Below, piece after piece: positions 1 to 12,258 of a stretch of 64,000 nucleotides of DNA; position 1 is the first letter of the stretch, and each line of letters starts with the position of its first letter. Position numbers and translations under genes: made by a program. Under the pieces are notes generated by a model. That model saw only the letters and a program-made list of their open reading frames with translations, did not search any database and was not told the origin of the DNA. The DNA lies in the NCBI GenBank assembly GCA_001179505.1, contig CDMY01000344.1:1-64000 (forward strand). The letters are read 5' to 3'. This DNA comes from Vitrella brassicaformis CCMP3155. Taxonomy: Eukaryota > Protista > Chromerida.

Positions 1-1205
1 GGCAGTAGACGGGCGAGCAGCATCGAGTGGTCGCGCTGGGGGGCGAGGGCGGCGTTGATGGCCGACATGGTCACATCACACAGACCATTCAGCACCGTGG
101 CATACTCGGCCAACACCAGCTGGCGGCAACCGCGTCGCCCCAGATGTTCGGCAGTGGGCGTGGGGCCGCTGAGGGACTGGCCGGCGCCGGCTCTCAGAAG
201 GGTGCGGATGACGGTCTCGAGATTGGGAATTTCCCGTGTGCGGATGTCCTCCTCGACGTCTTCTGCAATCTCGTTACGGCCCAGCTTCTCAGTGGATATA
301 CGGACACTGCCGGCAGCGATGACGAGGGGTGTCAGATTGTTGTTCGTTCCTCTGTCGATGTCGTCAGGTGAGAGCTTGCGACACAGCCAATCCACGAAAA
401 AGTAAGAGCCCCAACGCGCCGCCCGGTGCAATTCCGTGTGGCCAGAATTGTTGGCCGCCCTGATGTCAGCTCCGTTGTCCACAAGCGGGTCGAGGTACTG
501 GCTCATGAAGGGCTGCGAGAAGCGACCTATACCCCTGGCGAAGGCCCAAAACACCAGGCCTCCGCCTCCAGGACCTTCTTCAGTCGCCACTGTGCTGTCG
601 TGCTGAATGAGCCGGCGGTAGATGGCCATCAATTGCCGCTCGCACTCGGGGGTAGGCCGACACGTATTGTACTCCGGCAGGCACATCACCAGGAATCCGC
701 GCAGCTGGACGCCCCGTCGCAGTAAGAGACCGACTGCCGGCATGTTGGCTGCCGCAACGGCGACACGGATGGGTCTTGACTCCCTGTTGGCAAATCGGGC
801 ATTGATGTCGGCCCCGCCGTCGATCAGTGCCGTCATGACGGCATCTTGGAGCTGAGGAGACGACCAGCGGGGCAGCCTAACGGGATGCGGACGCGACCAC
901 CTATTTGGGACTTGCCCCTGCACCCAGATGGACGGGATGGTGGAGTCGGTCATGTCGTCGATCGACAGACTGAGCAGCGGATAGGCTTTCTCATGGCGGT
1001 GCCGCAGTGAGGGCTCGACACTGGGGTTCGCCCCCTGCCGGATGAGCTGCGTCACTTGGTCTGCGTCGGTGAGTGTGCGGCGGATCACACCCGTGGCAAG
1101 CTCTCGAGTGGCATCGCTGGTGCCCTCATCAAACGAGGTGTCGACACCATCATTCAGGTCAAGCCACCCAGGCGGTGCAGCGGGTTGCGGCGAGGATGCA
1201 GCCAT
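1..1205 (-). CDS. Ankyrin-repeat-like protein of an expanded lineage family; intronless CDS, 3' end runs off the window
   Basis: Manual translation from ATG at 1205 gives MAASSPQPAAPPGWLDLNDGVDTSFDEGTSDATRELATGVIRRTLTDADQVTQLIRQGANPSVEPSL, and the same frame reads INAALAPQRDHSMLLARLL at the window edge. It is a close paralog of 54852-56519. It is probably missing from the ORF track because no stop lies inside the window. Confidence 0.85.
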   Translation of the reverse strand, partial: MAASSPQPAAPPGWLDLNDGVDTSFDEGTSDATRELATGVIRRTLTDADQVTQLIRQGANPSVEPSLRHRHEKAYPLLSLSIDDMTDSTIPSIWVQGQVPNRWSRPHPVRLPRWSSPQLQDAVMTALIDGGADINARFANRESRPIRVAVAAANMPAVGLLLRRGVQLRGFLVMCLPEYNTCRPTPECERQLMAIYRRLIQHDSTVATEEGPGGGGLVFWAFARGIGRFSQPFMSQYLDPLVDNGADIRAANNSGHTELHRAARWGSYFFVDWLCRKLSPDDIDRGTNNNLTPLVIAAGSVRISTEKLGRNEIAEDVEEDIRTREIPNLETVIRTLLRAGAGQSLSGPTPTAEHLGRRGCRQLVLAEYATVLNGLCDVTMSAINAALAPQRDHSMLLARLL

Positions 1206-1672
1206 CAGTCACATCCACTCGCACCTGCACATGAACGTTCGACACACACATATACAGACAGACAGTGCCGTGACTCGCCAGGCTGCCAAGTGAGCCGGCC
1301 TTCTCTCGGTTTCGCACCTGTTGCAGCAGTCGCGGCCAGCTGTGCACCATCCACACACCCTTAGGTGATGACCTGCAGCCACACAGACAGCGCAGAGCAA
1401 ATGACAGACAGAGCAAAGCAAATGGTGGCTTCGTGTGTCAACTCGCGTACAGAATGGATAAGTGACATCAGCGCAGCACCACACACACCAGCAAGAGTGC
1501 CGGCAACGCCCAGGCATCGCCCTTCGCCCCCATCTTTTCTTCTCCCGCCCGATCGCGCACCTTCTGGGACACCTCGCAAACCAAGCAACAGCGAAGCAAA
1601 GACTCATTCATCGTTACGTCGCATCGTTTGTGGCAAGATCCAGCGCATTGCATCTCCCGACGCCTCTCCGAT

Positions 1673-2664
1673 ATGTCAATGAAGACCGACCCATCATCGC
1701 CGGTGCACGGGACAGAGAAGGAGCTTCGGTCCCTCCTCCACGAGATTGACGGCTTCCATGGCGACTCACAGGGTGAGCAGGCACACACACACACAAAGGG
1801 GGAGGGGGGAGGGGGAGGCATGGTGATCTGTCTGTCGAGAGAGATCTTGCGAGGGGCGGATCTGTGCGCGTGCATCGGTTGCAGGTCTGAAGCGACTCCA
1901 GGGCATGGTCAACAAGATCGACAGCTCACGGTTCGCCGCTCGCTGAGCGAGGGGGGAGCCGGGATCTTGTCTCACTGTCGTGTGTTGCATGTCTGTGTGT
2001 GTATGTGTGTGCAGGGTGAACGGTGTATTCGGCTGGCAGGATGGTCAGGACCCGCCCGAGGGCCAGGCTGTGCTCCACGCCCTGCTCCACGAGTGCTATC
2101 GCAAAGTGAGTCTCCGCAGCCACCGGACATGCCACACACAGCCCGCACACTCTCTCTCTCTCTCTCGCTCTGCGTGTGTGTGTGTGTGTGTGTGTGTCCG
2201 TTGTGTTGCAGGTCAAGGGCAAGTTGGACCTGCTGGACATGGTGGAGCAGGAGGAGCTCGACCCAGCACTGCTGCCTATCAAACACGACATCGAGGGAGT
2301 CATCAAGTCACTCAAGGTGGGTCACGCATCACGGCTCAATGTATGAGCCAACGCAAAAAGAGCCTGTGTCTGTCGTCCGTTCAGGCGGTTGAGAACCCCA
2401 CGGAAGAGCTGCCAAGGATCCAGGGACGGCTAGACGCCATCGACAGCAAACGGTAGGCGGACACACACACACACACACACACACATGCACCATGCAGAGA
2501 GAGGGACAGATCGCACTGTGTACTGCGTGTGGGCGTGTGTGTCATGGCTCAGGGTGAATGGCATCTTCGGCGACCCCAAGAACATCCTGCCGGGTCAGGC
2601 GGTGCTCCACGACCTGCTCAACGAGGCGTACTCGACCGTACACCAGCTGCAGGCGCGGAACTAA
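1673..2664 (+). CDS. Small two-repeat protein resembling DUF2408 / fungal Cub1 repeats (6 exons)
   Basis: GT-AG splicing gives MSMKTDPSSPVHGTEKELRSLLHEIDGFHGDSQ-GLKRLQGMVNKIDSSR-VNGVFGWQDGQDPPEGQAVLHALLHECYRK-VKGKLDLL...SLK-AVENPTEELPRIQGRLDAIDSKR-VNGIFGDPKNILPGQAVLHDLLNEAYSTVHQLQARN*. The internal repeat (LQG.L..ID..RVNG.FG...P.GQAVLH.LL.E.Y) is seen directly. The family name is from recall. Confidence 0.7.
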
Positions 2665-5600
2665 ACACACCCTCACTGACTACATACGTCCACACACCGA
2701 ACCGAACCACCACACTGACACATACATATCTGTTTCCGTGCCACTGACTGACTGACTGGATGAATGGATGGGTGACGGCCCCTTGGGTGCGTGCGTCTGG
2801 GACGGAGGGAGGGCAAAGTACGTACGTATCTGTATGTCTGGGTGTGTGTGTGGGTGTGGGTGTGTGGGGGTACCTACCCAACGGAGCGGGCAAGGTCGGA
2901 CATGGGAGGCCAGGCCTTGTGAACAGTCAGGCAGACAGACAGCGCTTCGTTTCAAATCATGGCGAGGGGGGAGGGAGGGACGTTGTGCTGCCTGGTTGCG
3001 TGTCGGCTGCCTTCCCTCGTGCGGTGGTGCTGGGCGAACAGAGTCTGACCATCCACTCATGAGCAGACGATGTTGCACTGGCACCAACGTACGCGGGAGG
3101 GCAGCCGGCACATGACTGACTGACTGACTGACGCGAGCACCAGTAAAGCCGTCGAGGGATTGATGCCATGTGGTGCGGGCTAACTCACTTACTGACTCAA
3201 TCAATGGCTGGCTGCCTGTCTATAGCGTGCGTGTGGCTGCGTGTGGCTGACTAGCTTACCTCACTCACCCCACCCTCGTCATTTTCCCTCCCAGTTGTGT
3301 TCTTTCTGCCAGCCGGCCGTCGTGTGGCGATAAATGCTAAGCTGGCAATTTGTACTTCCTTACACACCACACCACGCATGACATGGTGGTCCACCTGTCG
3401 GTCGCGCATTGTGGGATAGATGCGGCGGGGCGGATGCGGCAGATCAGATGACATGAGATGAGTCGAGTCGGTCCCATTCCATGCGATTCGATTCGACTCG
3501 ACTCGACTCCATTTCTCCCTTCTCCTTTTTACTCCGTCGGTGTGGTGTTTGTATGTCTGTAAGGGAAGGAAGGAACGAATGGCCGAGACGGTCGGGCAGC
3601 TCGGTTGTCTGGCTGCCCTGTCTGGCCTGTCTGTCTTTGCGTCTGGCTGGCTGTCGTTGACCACTTATTGCACGTCGTATGTCTGTGGTGGCTGGATTGA
3701 CGGCGGGAGGGTTGGTTGCTTCGTCGACGTGGTGTCCGGGCAACCATCCAATCGCCACGCGTGTGTGCGCTTAACGTCCGTCTGTAAGCCTACTGACTTG
3801 CGAGAAATGGCGTGTGCGCTGCGGGGGACGGCGGGTGCATGGCTGGTGTCTCGGTCACCTGCAACTCTCACTTGCAGGCCGGCAGGTCGGCACCTGTGAG
3901 TGTTGGTTGCGGGCGGGCGTGTGACATCGACATGACCTGATCGAGACCCCGAAGGCGTGTATTTTCCACAGTGAGTGTAGCGATTGGCTTGGGTTGTGTG
4001 TACATTTATTATTCTACCTACATAATTTTCTCCCTCCCTCGACGGACGGATGGCTTGGCTGCCGCTTGAACATATGATGAAGGTGCCACTGGTGAGCATG
4101 TCTCGCCTATTTTTCGCCGTACGAGCAAAAACCATACATACCGACCGGTGACGTGACGTGACGTGACGTGACGTCGCTTCCTCCGCTGCGCGTGTCTGCG
4201 ATGGGAGGGATGTTGGTGGGGGTGGGGTGGAGTGGCCGGCTGGTTCACAGTCTGTGCCAACGGGCTATTTCCCCATGCCCACGACATCTCTCTCAACAGG
4301 AACAGCGAGCGGAGAAGCCAATCAATACGTACGGAGAGATGGAAAGACTGTTTTTCTGCAGCAGCTGAGTGGGGGTGCGGGCACCGGCTGGCCGATCGAC
4401 GGACGGTTGTATACCGCATGCCATGCAGTGCTGTGTGTGTTGGTGTGATGGATGCAAGGGCGGGGCCGTCGCCCATCTCTGTCTCTGAGTGTGGCATGCC
4501 GGCAACATGTGGACGGACTCGTTGTCGAGGATGGATGGATGGATGGACAGAACAGCAGTGAGGGTGTGGGGCGGGCCGGGTGGACGGACTACCAATACCG
4601 ATATTATACGTACATGAGTTCATGCCAATGTACGTGAAGACTCTGTGTGTGTGTGCGTGTGCGGACGGACGGACAGCTGTCGCATGTTCGTGTGAAGGGT
4701 CTCCCTAACGACCTGCCTACCTGCCTGCATTGCTTTCCGCCACGTCGCCACGTGACAACCATCACACGATTTGATATTCGGGTGATTGTTATATTCATTC
4801 GTTCCTGGCATTGTCCAGCCAATCGGTCACATTACACAGGTACCATACGCAATACACACACACACACATACACACCCACACCCACACACGGACGCCCCAG
4901 CAGACGACCACGACAGGCAGACGAGAAGAAGCCGCGCTGCTCGCACACACCACAGAAACGGCCGTCTGCGCTGCGCATCCATCCCATCACCAAAGACAAA
5001 TACCAGCACGCAACGCTCACACGCACACACACACACGCACAGACAGCTCCCGTCCCCCTCTGCTGCGATGCGCACACAAGACAAGACCCGTAGGCAGGCA
5101 GACAGTCAGACAGACAGACACGTGCCAAGAGTCAGCAAGGCAAGCATAGCATAGCATAGCATACACACACCGGAAAAAACAGCAGCTCTGTCGAGTCGAC
5201 TGACAGAGAGATGGATGGAGAAAATGACTTTCCTGACTGGGCGGTCCCGTCCCCGTTTTCAAAAAGTGTGTGAGCGATTCCATGCGCCATCCATCCATCG
5301 CCTGGCGTGGGTGGGATGCCGTGTGTCTCGTTTGCCTCGCTGTCAGGAGTTGCGTCTGCTGGTGCTAGCGTCTGTTGCACCTGACGACTGGTGCAACAAC
5401 AGCCAAGACCACCACACGCCGCACACCTGACAGCTGGGCAGACGACACGTACCAACGGCCTTCACCCAGACAGACAGGAACAACAAAGGAGGTCTCTCTC
5501 TCTCTCTCTCTCTGGCCACACTCCCTCCTGCCTGGTGTGCTTGTACCAACACGTACCCTACGTTCGCAGATCGATCACAGCTGTCGGCTAGGCTGGCAGG

Positions 5601-6345
5601 CTGTCAGGCAGGAAAAAAGCGAAACGCGCTCTCATTGTGGGCGGGGGGAAACTTGTGATCTTTTTCTGCCTCACCTTCCTGTATTATGCTACAACAGAAC
5701 AGCAGCTAGACCAACACAATTGGTTAACCGCTCGCTCAGCTCACTCACTCCCCCGCACGGCACGACACGACAACCAGCCCAAGAACCACCAGCACCACAC
5801 CAAGGACAGCCATACAGGCTAATCACGTCACGCGGCACACACACGCACTCACGCACGCACGGCACAGGGAGGGAGGGAGGTGAGGTGCACACGAACGCAA
5901 AAACCACAGCTAGGTTAAAAACCACACACACACAAAAGCAACGCACGCAGCGCTGTCCTGTACTGTCAGCAGCACGGCACGGCACGGCACGGCACGGCAC
6001 TCACCACCATGCAAAGCATTGCAATCAATGCAGTCAGTCAGTGATCTTGCCTACCTACACCGTTTTGTGTGTCTGCCCTTCCCTCCTATCCATCACATCA
6101 CAGCAGCCAGCCTGTTCGCACCTCACCCCGCCCAGCCACTCTGTTTGCCGATCCACATCGGAAACAAGAAAGCTGAGCGGGAAGAATCGCAAACCAGCTG
6201 CTGCTGTGACGAGAGACGACAGACGAGAGTAGCATACCAGATCCCCTACACCACCCCGCTGTCCTGCCTGCCTGTTTGCCTGTCTTATTCACATGAGCAT
6301 CACGTCGGTCGGTGTGAAATGCATCGACTCTGTGTGTGTGTGTAA

Positions 6346-7484
6346 TTATGCCCCGCTGGCCGGCACTCCGAGGTCTGATTCGTCCATGGAGTTGCCGTCC
6401 TTTGGGTGGTGCATGGGGGTCCCCGCCTTGGGCATCGGGCTGTAGGTCACCGAGGGGGGCGACTCGGGCACACACGACACGTCCTTGACGCCGTTGCTGC
6501 GGTCGATGAACGACAGGCGCAACGCTACAGCCTAGATAAGATACATACAGCAGATGTCAGGCAACAGACAGACAGACAGGTGAGGTGACACAAAGGACAG
6601 GATGTTTGTTCTCTGTGCGGGGCGGGGGTAGGGGTGTACCTCCTTGGTGTCAGGTGAGAGCATGACAGCGATCCCGTAGGCGCCATCGCCCCAGCCAGCC
6701 GATGAGACAGCGCCAACCGGACCTGAGGATGCGATGCGCCGCAAACCAAGCACAAAACCAAGCACGAAACACCAGAAACAATGGACCGCTCACACAACAC
6801 ATGTCGCAGTTGTCTGTCTGTCACGGCACCCCCACCCCACACACCGTGCACGTCTCCGGTGATGCCGGAGAGGTCACTTCCGTCAGTGATGGAGCACACA
6901 CGGCCGTACCAGTCCTCAAACCACTCGCGCCCCACACCGCCCGGAATGCTGCACACACACACAGCCAAAGAGACAGACGTCTCTGTGTCAGTCAGTCAGT
7001 GCATCTCTGTGTTTCTGTCTCCTCTGCCACCGGGGCGGGACGTACGTCTCTCTGCAGTAGAAACCCGCCATGCCGCTGTCGACGCCGCACACCAGCTCGG
7101 TGGTCTCCCATGGCAGGGCGTCGATCTTGCCGATGCTCAGGTCGCACAGCGGCACCGCTCCAGCGTGGCACACGATGAGGTCGGAGATTCGGTTGTTTGA
7201 GTCAAACAGGCCGAAATCGCACTTGACGGCGTAGGCGTGCCACATGCCCGGCTGCACGGGCGACAGGTTGACACCGGCATCCACGTAGGCGGGATCGCCA
7301 CACACCTTTGGGTCGAAAGGGACACACAATGACATTTTCAGATGCTGTTTGTTGTGCTCTGGCGCCTTGCCTTGCTAACTGTATGCTCATCTCATCTCAC
7401 CAGGCAGTCACTTTGTGCGATGAAGCAGCCCAGCGGCACCAGTGAGGCCGACACCTCGTCGTCAAAGGCTTCAGCCGGGATCAT
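6346..7484 (-). CDS. DUF4241-like domain protein (5 exons)
   Basis: The spliced model reads MIPAEAFDDEVSASLVPLGCFIAQSDCL-VCGDPAY...GMWHAY...RISDLIVCH...CGVDSGMAGFY...SSAGWGDGAYGIAVMLSPDTKE-AVALRLSF...GA*. The motifs DP, GVDSG and S.GWGDG.Y match my recollection of DUF4241. Confidence 0.7.
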
Positions 7485-7778
7485 TTGGCCAACAACCACT
7501 GGCACAGAAGAGCCAACACAACGCCAAGCACAAGCCGGAAGACTGAGAAATGCTGAGGCGCAGATCTCTCACCTCTCCCGCGAGTCTAAGCTCGCGTTGA
7601 TCTCACTGCCGAATTTCGTTGCCATTTGGATGATGGGGTGTGAATACACCCCTCAGGAGAAAGCAGGGTGAAGAAAAACGCCGACATCCCGAACAGCAGA
7701 AGATTCTGCGCTGACGAGCTTCCTTGGCCCATCTCCGAGCATCTGTGCGGGGTTTTCGAGGCTGGACAGGAGGCTGGG

Positions 7779-8651
7779 ATGAGCGGCAGAGAGAATTTCG
7801 TCACGGTTCCGTCGCCTGAAGGCCACACGCTTCACGCCCAGTGCTATGTGAGGGAGGGCTCCGACTCTGCTGTGGTCATCTGCCACGCACACCCCCTCTA
7901 TGGCGCCTCCATGAATGGATATGTCGAGGTGCGGACCAGGCCGACACACACACACACACGACCCGACAGCCATGCAACCGAAAACCAGCGCTGCAATCTG
8001 TGCATTTGGTGCGGTGCTGTTTGTGCTTATGACATGCAGGAGATGATGTATCACGACTTCAAAAGGCGGGGCTACTCGGTCGTGAGGTTCAACTTTCGCG
8101 GCGTGCAGCCGTCCACCGGGGTGCACGGCAACATGGAGGGGGAGGTCATCGATGTCAACGTCATGTGCGAGTACATCAAGGCAGAAACCGGTCAGTCGGT
8201 CAGCAGGGCAAGCAAGAGATCAGATGCGCATGCCCACGCCATGCCATGCCATTCCTGTGTTTCTCTCCCTTCGCACACACGCACAGGGTGCAGTCGACTC
8301 CTCCTGGTGGGTTATTCCTTCGGCTCAGTGGCGGCCTTCCTGGCCGCAGCACAACGCGACGACATCGCCGGCGTGGTGCTGATCGGCTACCCCCTGAGCC
8401 TCTACCACCCCACCTACACAGACGCCCTCCTCTCGCTGGCCTGCCCGAAGCTCTTCATCATCGGCGATGGTGACGACGTCGCGCTGGGTGACGAGTGCGC
8501 GTGGGGGGTGTTCCAGACGTTTGTTGACGAGAGTGTGTGTGAGCCGAAGAGTGTGGAGAGGATTGAGGGCGCTGGGCACTTCTTCCAAGAGATCAGCCCT
8601 GCCAACATCACGGAGCCGTTGGGTCGGTGGCTGGAGGGGCTCAAGGGGTGA
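7779..8651 (+). CDS. Alpha/beta hydrolase, COG2945-like (3 exons; introns 7929-8039 and 8191-8286)
   Basis: Motifs CHAHPLYGASMN and VRFNFRGV are present, with nucleophile elbow GYSFG, acid region IIGDGDD and His motif GAGHFF. The catalytic triad appears intact. Confidence 0.88.
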   Translation: MSGRENFVTVPSPEGHTLHAQCYVREGSDSAVVICHAHPLYGASMNGYVEVRTRPTHTHTRPDSHATENQRCNLCIWCGAVCAYDMQEMMYHDFKRRGYSVVRFNFRGVQPSTGVHGNMEGEVIDVNVMCEYIKAETGQSVSRASKRSDAHAHAMPCHSCVSLPSHTRTGCSRLLLVGYSFGSVAAFLAAAQRDDIAGVVLIGYPLSLYHPTYTDALLSLACPKLFIIGDGDDVALGDECAWGVFQTFVDESVCEPKSVERIEGAGHFFQEISPANITEPLGRWLEGLKG

Positions 8652-9414
8652 GAGAGGTGGAGAGACGAGGCATGTCTGCGCGTAGATAGGGAGAGGTAGC
8701 ACGTAGACAGATAGATAGACGGGCGTTTTGTAGATGGGTGGGTGTTCATCCGGCAGAGAGAGCAATGGTTTTCCTGCGGCGCATCAGTGAGTGAGAATGC
8801 GTGTGTGTACAGCGAAAAAGAAGGCATTCAGTCAGCGTCGCAGACTCGCAGATCTGATATGCTCGGACACAGCAGCGAGCAGGTCTGTTCCCTGAGGACC
8901 TCATCTCTCGAGGGCCCTACAGGGCACAAACTCGCACGTTTGTCTGCCAGGACCGGCCGTGAGGGACGTGGTGTTATGGGTCGGGTTTGGGTTGTATGGT
9001 GGTTTGGTAGTGCATGTGCTAGTCGCATATGTTATTGCGTTTGATGGGCCGTTCCGTTTGTGTCAGACTGCTGATGTCATTCTTGCCGTGTGATGCGCTT
9101 GTGTTTCTGCGATTGCGTGTGCCTTTGCATGTGTGCACATCCGTATTGACTCTAGATCAGACGTGCTGGTCGCCCATGCTTCCGTGAAAGCCAATCATCT
9201 GATCAGGGTTCGGGTTTCAGGGTTGAATGGGATATCATATGGCGCGGTGGAATCGTTCCAAGTGGTCCTGCGCTGAATCACTATTTGCCTTCTGTAGAGA
9301 TCTAGCGATGCCGTGTCTGCCTCGCTCTCCTCCGCCATTTGCAGCCCTCCTTGCCCGCCTCTCGGCTTCCTTCGAGCCGTGCTGACGCTGCAACCACCGG
9401 CCCGTTCGCTCACC

Positions 9415-10100
9415 ATGACGAGCGCTGCAGGTGAGTGAACACAAAAGGCGACAGATCGATGAGCTGCCGGCGCACTCTTTTGCGAACTGCTGATGGCATG
9501 CTGCTGTGTTTTGCAATGCTTGAGTTGTCTGTCTGTGGCGCAGGAAGCGGTCGTCTGCGTGTGGGCGATGTGCGCTGGTGCGGCGTGTCTGAGGGCAAGA
9601 TCAGGCGGGCCAGGCCTGTATTCAACGAGGAGGTGATCAGATACCTCTACGACTGGATGACCGGTTTGAAATGAACACGCACGCACACGCAACGCACGCG
9701 AAGCCCCATGCATTCATTCACTGTTCGTGTGTTGCTGTTGCTGGTGTGACATGGTATCAGAGCGTCACTTGATCTTCAAGCGCAAGAATGCGGGGGAGCC
9801 GGCGCCGTGGACGACGGACCCCGTGCTGCTCCAGTGGCGGTTCTGCAACGTACGCAGAGAACTAGACAGAGAATCAAGGTACGGTGGATGGTTAACAGCA
9901 GGCCGACACAGACACACCGACAGTATTGCCTGTCTGTCTGCCTGTCTGTCTGTCTGTCTGTCTGTGTCTGTGTGATGTGATGTGTTGTGTGCAGGGCACT
10001 GATCGAGCGCATTGTGAAGAATCCCGACCTCTGGTACGGTCAGCTGGCTGAGAGAAATGCACACGTGTGGTGAGGTGATGTACATGTGGCTGTCCAGGGT

Positions 10101-10131
<31 letters not shown>

Positions 10132-11815
10132 CAGCTACCGTGCCAAGGTGTTGAATTGCATCTGGTTCCGGCTGTTCAACAAACAGGAGACGTTCGAGAT
10201 ACTTGGGCCGCTCAAACTGGAGGCAAGCATGCACCAAACACACACCCACATGGACATGCCCTCACCAAATCACACACAACACGAGCTCCCAATGGATGCG
10301 TTTCCTTCTTCCTCTCTCCGTGTGTGTGTGTCTGTGCTGTTGATCTCCACTACACGGCAGGACTTTGCCGCTCTGCATGCCGTTCCGCGGGTGTTCCAGC
10401 ACTACAAGGAGAGGTTTGAGGAGTACCGCCGCAGCCACCCATCCTACCAATTCTTCACCAACGCCTTCCACACCAGGGGCCTCCTCGCCCAGTGGAAGCA
10501 GCCACCGCAGCTCAACGGAGGTATGGCTCCATGCACACATGCCACATCGACAGGATGCACCCACCCATTGCGTGTGTGCGTGCATGCAGGTGAGGTAGCG
10601 TCTGACAACGAGCGCATGCTGTATATGATCGACCACATCTACAGCAGCGGCCTGCTGGTATGTTGACCAGGGGGAGCGCACCTCAGCAATGCAATGCAAT
10701 GCCTGCCTGCATGTCTGTGGGCGTGTACGTGTGTGTGGTCAGGCCAAGATAGCTGTGACGGCTGATCCGTCCTATGTCAAGCCCGGCCTCACACAGAGTG
10801 ACGTCTTCAACACACTCTGCACAATCAGAGGTGGGTAGATGGGTGTGGGTCGGGATGGAAGGTGTGTGTGGTGTGTGTGTGCATATATATACATATCTCT
10901 CTCTCTCCCTGCTGTGTATGTGTAGGTATCGGGTCGTTCCTCGCCTACCAGATGTTCGTCGACTTCACCTACATAGCCGAGTTTCCGTGAGCAGCCAGCG
11001 CACACACACACGAATGGTCGACCGTTTCATGGCTGCATGTGTGTGTATGGTCTGCAAATACCCAGGTTCAGTGAGAATGAGTTCACGGTCGGCGCGATGG
11101 ATGAATGACGGATGGCACACACCACCACACGAGCCCCGCGTGCAACTCGTCACGTGTCTCAGGTTTCCTGCCCCGGGTGCAAGGCGGGGCTGTCGAAGCT
11201 CTTCGACGACCGAGCGGGTCAGTCAAATCACACACACGCACTCTCTCATGTCCATGTGTGTCAATGCCTGCAGGTATGAGTGACGAGGAGCTGCTGTTCT
11301 GGCTACGCGACAGCCTGGAGGCGGCCTTCAACAGCAGGAACCTCCCATTCAACCAGCACGTGAGCCATTAATGCAGAGCAGAGATCATATGACATGACAT
11401 GGCAGAGCCCACGTGTGTGTACGTTACATGTGTGTGTGGTGCAGGAGTTGTTTGACGACCTGCCGGAGGACTGCGCCCGGCTGAACGTCATGTGCCTGGA
11501 GAACGCCATGTGCGAACTCTCCAAGTACACCAGAGGTCAGTCAATCACACACGTCCCCCACACAGCAACTGTGACTGCCTGCATGTCTGCATGTCTGTGT
11601 GTGTTGCAGTGCGTCAGGATGCCGGCACCCCCCGAGTGCGCTATGAGGCCTCCACCGCCCCCCTGCCCGGCGCCACCACCGTGTGGAACACCGGCAAGGG
11701 CAGCGTCAAGACGGCCTCCAGCGGGGCCAAGAAGCGCACGGCGGCTGTGCAGCCGACACTAGACCGGTACTTGGTCAAGAAGACGGCTGTGGGTGTGGGG
11801 GAGGGGGCGGGGTAG
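9415..11815 (+). CDS. 5-hmdU DNA kinase helical-domain / aGPT-Pplase1-type protein (HhH-glycosylase-related fold), about 13 exons
   Basis: Spliced exons give YLYDWMT-ERHLIFKRKNAGEPAPWTTDPVLLQWRFCNVRRELDRESR, NCIWFRLFNKQETFEILG, FFTNAF, GIGSFLAYQMFVDFTY, FSENEFT-VSCPGCKAGLSKLF, EELLFWLRD and LNVMCLENAMCELSKYTR. This order matches the recalled PF18723 pattern (ER..I...K..G.P.PWT.DP.L...RFCNV.RE.DR; G.FLAYQ...D; ENEF; EN.LCE.SKY). Confidence 0.85.
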
Positions 11816-12258
11816 GTGTAGCCAGCCAGCGTGTAGCCAGGTAGGTAGATGGGATGGGATGGGTGGATATGGTCGCCTGATTACTGACTGCAGTGTGGCG
11901 TGCCCGGTGTACAGTGACAGACAGACAGACGGTGGACATGTGTGTGGGTGTGCTGTGCATGAGACTTAATTTGTTGGCTGAGTTCATTCGAGTGGAGGGA
12001 GTGCCATCGGCCAATCAGTGGGTGTTGAACGAACGGGTGTGCAACAGTCTGCTAGACAGCCAAAACACAGGCGGGAGTGGGCGTGGCCGTCATGCACCCC
12101 TCAGATATATACATCAGACACACAAACGCGGCCAATCCATCCATCCATCCATTCCCATCCACTGCCACACATGCACCCCAGACAGCCATTGCATGCACAG
12201 CTACCCCTCCCCTCCCGTAGAGGGGACCAATCCAACTGACGAGAGAGTGGAGTGGTTT

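Noticed and set aside
27-855. Plus-strand ORFs overlapping the ankyrin gene, and the equivalent minus-strand ORFs at 55014-56336
   Set aside because: They are antisense shadows of a GC-rich CDS and are similar between loci only because the sense genes are paralogs.
2700-6300. Possible spliced minus-strand gene with small exon-like pieces near 3850-4400
   Set aside because: Some splice-like signals exist, but I could not build a consistent reading frame or recognise a domain. It needs RNA-seq.
7668-8651. 327-aa uninterrupted ORF for the hydrolase
   Set aside because: It reads through two stop-free introns of 111 and 96 nt that contain typical CA-repeat sequence. The spliced form restores the family motifs.
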